DNA of 64,000 bases from contig CBDCUI010000007.1 in the NCBI GenBank assembly GCA_965222615.1, forward strand, positions 64,001 through 128,000. Reading direction: 5' to 3'. This document shows, in pieces, positions 60,927 to 64,000 of this stretch. Source of the DNA: Gammaproteobacteria bacterium (GTDB lineage Bacteria > Pseudomonadota > Gammaproteobacteria > UBA4575). The position numbers and the translations under genes are program-made. The notes beneath the pieces are model-generated. The model searched no databases and was not told where the DNA came from. It worked only from the letters and a program-made list of their open reading frames with translations. How positions within the stretch are numbered: the first letter of the stretch is position 1; each line of letters begins with the position of its first letter.

Positions 60927-61400
60927 ATGGCCATCAAACGTAAAGCTACCACCAAAAGGAAAGCTAAACGTCGCACTACTAAGCGTAAGGCGACAAGACG
61001 TAAATCTACGGCTAAACGCAGAACGGCTAAGCGTAAAACAGCGAAGCGTAAGACCAAACGCAAAACCAAGCGTAAAGTTAAGCGTAAGACCAAGCGTAAA
61101 GCTAAGCGCAAAACCAAGCGTAAGACCAAACGCAAGACGAAGCGTAAAGCGAAGCGTAAGACCAAGCGCAAAACTAAGCGTAAAGCGAAGCGTAAGACCA
61201 AGCGTAAAGCGAAGCGTAAGACCAAGCGCAAAACTAAGCGTAAAGCGAAGCGTAAGACCAAACGCAAAACCAAGCGTAAAGCGAAGCGCAAGACCAAACG
61301 CAAAACCAAGCGTAAAGCGAAGCGCAAGACAACCAAGCGCAAAGCGAAGCGTAAGACGAAGCGTCGTACAACGAAGCGTAAAGCTAAACGTCGTAGATAG
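60927..61400 (+). CDS. Histone H1/protamine-like basic repeat protein
   Basis: GGAGG RBS before ATG 60927; 157 aa, 109 K+R, no D/E; followed by terminator. Confidence 0.85.
   Translation: MAIKRKATTKRKAKRRTTKRKATRRKSTAKRRTAKRKTAKRKTKRKTKRKVKRKTKRKAKRKTKRKTKRKTKRKAKRKTKRKTKRKAKRKTKRKAKRKTKRKTKRKAKRKTKRKTKRKAKRKTKRKTKRKAKRKTTKRKAKRKTKRRTTKRKAKRRR
61044..61331 (+). repeat. 24 tandem 12-bp units encoding KRK(T/A/V)
   Basis: AAGCGTAAAGCG / AAGCGTAAGACC / AAGCGCAAAACT units with synonymous variation and a partial 36-bp higher-order period. Confidence 0.92.
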
Positions 61401-61422
61401 CGTTAGGATTAAACATCCGCTC

Positions 61423-61453
61423 AAAAAAGGGCTCTTTTTAGAGCCCTTTTTTT
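61423..61453. terminator. Bidirectional intrinsic terminator
   Basis: AAAAAAGGGCTCT-TTTT-AGAGCCCTTTTTTT between convergent genes. Confidence 0.88.
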
Positions 61454-61477
61454 ATGCTATTTGAGGCATAAAATCAC

Positions 61478-63016
61478 TCAACCAAGGAAAAGTTTGTAGG
61501 CAGGATTCAAGGATTCTTCCCAATATCGATAACCTAGTTCTGCAAGAAATTGATCAAAGCGTTTGCGATCTACATCCGGTACTTGTATACCCACTAACAC
61601 TCGCCCATACGCTGCACCATGATTGCGATAGTGAAATAAGCTGATATTCCATTCATGCCCGATTGTTCTTAGAAATTTGAGCAATGCCCCCGGACGTTCA
61701 GGAAATTCAAATCTGAATAAAATTTCATCTTGTAATTGTGGACAACGACCACCTACCATATGGCGCAAATGCAAAATTGCCATCTCATTTTCTGAGATAT
61801 CTAGTGTCTGGTAACCTGATTTTTCTAAGCTTTCGAACAACTCATCTTTTTCAGCGTCCGCATCGCCCACGTTTACACCTACAAATATATGTGCAGTTCT
61901 AGCATCTGCATATCGATAGTTAAATTCAGTAATCCCTCTTGGTCCCAGCAAACTGCAAAACTCTAAAAAACTCCCAGGCCTTTCAGGTATCGTAACTGCA
62001 AATAGACACTCTCGTCGCTCACCTAGTTCAGCCCGTTCAGCTACATGACGCAAGCGATCAAAATTAATATTGGCTCCACTATTAATCGCCACCAAAGTTT
62101 TATCTTCGAGCTGATTGTTTTCAATATATTGTTTAATTCCGGCATAAGCGAGTGCTCCAGCAGGCTCGGACAAAGTACGTGTTTCGTCAAAGATATCTTT
62201 GATCGCAGCACATATTTCATCGGTGGAAACCAATAACACCTCATCGATAAGATCCTTAGCAATTGCAAAAGTCTTTTCACCAACTTGTCGCACGGCTACA
62301 CCATCCGCAAAAATGCCCACTTCATCCAACTGCACTCTTTGATTGGCCTGCAACGCTGCATGCATCGTTGGGGCATCTTGTGGTTCAACCCCAATTACCT
62401 TAATCTCGGGACGATAGTGCTTGAGGTAAACTGCCATACCGGCAACCAGTCCACCACCGCCAATTGGAATGAATATTGCGTCAATTTTGCCTGGATGCTG
62501 ACGTAGAATCTCCAATGCAATAGTGCCTTGTCCTACGATAGTATCTTCATCATCATAAGGATGCACATAGGTGTATCCTTGCTGTTGCGCTAGTTCTTGT
62601 GAATGTGTAAAGGCCTCATCGTAAGTATCCCCAAATAATACAGCTGTCGCACCTAAAGCCTTCACAGATTCTATTTTGATACTTGGCGTCGTACGTGGCA
62701 TCACAATGGTAGCCTTGATACCAAGTTTACTCCCGGCAAGGGCTACACCTTGTGCATGATTACCAGCAGAAGCGGCAACTACTCCCCGCTTACGCTCTGT
62801 CTCGGACAAGTGTGCAATTTTGTTATAAGCCCCTCTCAACTTGAAGGAGAATACACATTGTTGGTCCTCTCGTTTCAAAAATATTCGATTAGATAAACGT
62901 TTGGACAAAGTTTGCGCAAAATCAAGCGGTGATTCTTCAGCAACTTCATATACTTTGCTATTTTCTATTCTTTTTATTAGTTCTTGATTCACAATATTTA
63001 AGCTCGCATATTCCAC
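61478..63016 (-). CDS. ilvA: Threonine ammonia-lyase, biosynthetic
   Basis: FSFKLRGAYN, SAGNHAQG, two C-terminal ACT-like repeats (PERPG). Confidence 0.97.
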   Translation of the reverse strand: MEYASLNIVNQELIKRIENSKVYEVAEESPLDFAQTLSKRLSNRIFLKREDQQCVFSFKLRGAYNKIAHLSETERKRGVVAASAGNHAQGVALAGSKLGIKATIVMPRTTPSIKIESVKALGATAVLFGDTYDEAFTHSQELAQQQGYTYVHPYDDEDTIVGQGTIALEILRQHPGKIDAIFIPIGGGGLVAGMAVYLKHYRPEIKVIGVEPQDAPTMHAALQANQRVQLDEVGIFADGVAVRQVGEKTFAIAKDLIDEVLLVSTDEICAAIKDIFDETRTLSEPAGALAYAGIKQYIENNQLEDKTLVAINSGANINFDRLRHVAERAELGERRECLFAVTIPERPGSFLEFCSLLGPRGITEFNYRYADARTAHIFVGVNVGDADAEKDELFESLEKSGYQTLDISENEMAILHLRHMVGGRCPQLQDEILFRFEFPERPGALLKFLRTIGHEWNISLFHYRNHGAAYGRVLVGIQVPDVDRKRFDQFLAELGYRYWEESLNPAYKLFLG

Positions 63017-63080
63017 AATACCATCTCTATATATTGGTACACTGTGGGCATAATTTAAGTAATACGGGTCTATTCATACA

Positions 63081-63734
63081 ATGTCTACAGAAAAAAAGAA
63101 ACAAATAGCTGCCGATGCGGCCTTGGATTATATAGAAATTGGCGATGTTGTCGGGGTTGGAACTGGATCTACTGCAAATTATTTCATCGATGCCCTAGCC
63201 ACTATTAAGGGAAAAATTGATGGCGCTGTCGCCAGCTCAGAAGCAACAGCACAAAATTTGAAACAACAAGGCATTCAAGTCTTAGACTTAAATGCGGTAT
63301 CCATTCTACCCGTCTATGTGGATGGCGCCGATGAAGCCACACAGCATAAACATTTAATCAAAGGCGGAGGTGGTGCATTAACACGTGAGAAGATCGTCGC
63401 TGCAGTAAGTGAGAAATTTGTCTGCATTGCAGACGATTCTAAGCTAGTGGATGTATTAGGTACATTTCCCTTACCTATAGAAGTCATTCCTGTGGCAAGA
63501 AGCTATGTGGCAAGACAGTTGGTCAAATTGGGAGGCGTTCCTGAGTTACGCGAAAATTTCACTACCGATAACGGTAATCTCATTTTAGATGTGCATAACT
63601 TTGAAATCCTCAACGCAGTAGCAATGGAACGCGATTTAAATAATATTGCAGGTGTTGTGACTGTGGGAATATTTGCCCTACGACCTGCTGACGTGCTCAT
63701 TCTTGGAAAAGAAGATGGTGCCAAAATAAGTTAA
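63081..63734 (+). CDS. rpiA: Ribose-5-phosphate isomerase A
   Basis: [23 protein letters not shown]. Confidence 0.97.
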   Translation: MSTEKKKQIAADAALDYIEIGDVVGVGTGSTANYFIDALATIKGKIDGAVASSEATAQNLKQQGIQVLDLNAVSILPVYVDGADEATQHKHLIKGGGGALTREKIVAAVSEKFVCIADDSKLVDVLGTFPLPIEVIPVARSYVARQLVKLGGVPELRENFTTDNGNLILDVHNFEILNAVAMERDLNNIAGVVTVGIFALRPADVLILGKEDGAKIS

Positions 63735-63746
63735 ACAATTCTGTAT

Positions 63747-64000
63747 ATGCCTCAAAATCAAGAATCGACAAAAAACTTTCGCAATCGCCTTATTGATGGC
63801 GAGCTGCTGTTAAGTACACTTGTTTCTTTGCCAAGTGCAGAGGTAGTCGAACTTTTATCCAAACTTGGATTTGATTGGTTATTCATCGATGGTGAACATG
63901 GCCCATTTGAAACACTACAGATGCAAGCTATGTTACAAGCCGCGTCTACACAATGTGCATGCATTATTCGCGTGCCTAGTCATGATGCGGTTTCTATCAA
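63747..64000 (+). CDS. HpcH/HpaI aldolase family protein, N-terminal part (runs off window)
   Basis: Frame from ATG 63747 reads ...LGFDWLFIDGEHGPF...IIRVP. Confidence 0.85.
   Translation, partial: MPQNQESTKNFRNRLIDGELLLSTLVSLPSAEVVELLSKLGFDWLFIDGEHGPFETLQMQAMLQAASTQCACIIRVPSHDAVSI

Noticed and set aside
61044-61331. CRISPR array
   Set aside because: Contiguous coding tandem repeat without unique spacers; no cas genes in the window
60891-61424. Antisense ORFs 60891-61424 and 60905-61342 (LRF/LRLV repeats)
   Set aside because: Shadow frames of the 12-bp repeat; the plus-strand ORF has the RBS, the terminator and synonymous-site variation

Overview
AT-rich gammaproteobacterial chromosome segment. 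The housekeeping backbone is amgK-murU, mrdA-rodA-mltB-rlpA-dacA-dat-ybeD-lipB-lipA, hppA, an RND pump, lptD-surA-pdxA-rsmA-apaG-apaH, lgt-thyA-folA, tupBCA, ygfB-pepP-ubiH-ubiI, zapB-like/zapA/6S RNA, ilvA and rpiA. Accessory islands interrupt it. (1) 16.2-23.1 kb: a divergent cluster with a sterol-desaturase::GH3 acyl-adenylate ligase fusion, an atypical enolase-superfamily enzyme, a CocE/NonD hydrolase and an XRE regulator. (2) 26.3-28.0 kb: a MarR + hicAB-like insert that splits the RND genes. (3) 49.5-54.7 kb: a hotspot of nested palindromic repeats. Here a stand-alone UG/Abi-type reverse transcriptase (YRDD) is bracketed by two inverted ~250-nt elements that share a secondary structure with compensatory base changes, followed by an IS481-family element inserted into a REP-like palindrome. 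A 157-aa protein built from KRK(T/A) repeats (69% Lys+Arg) lies near the end. No CRISPR array, tRNA or rRNA was seen. All assignments come from motif recognition by eye; no database search was run.
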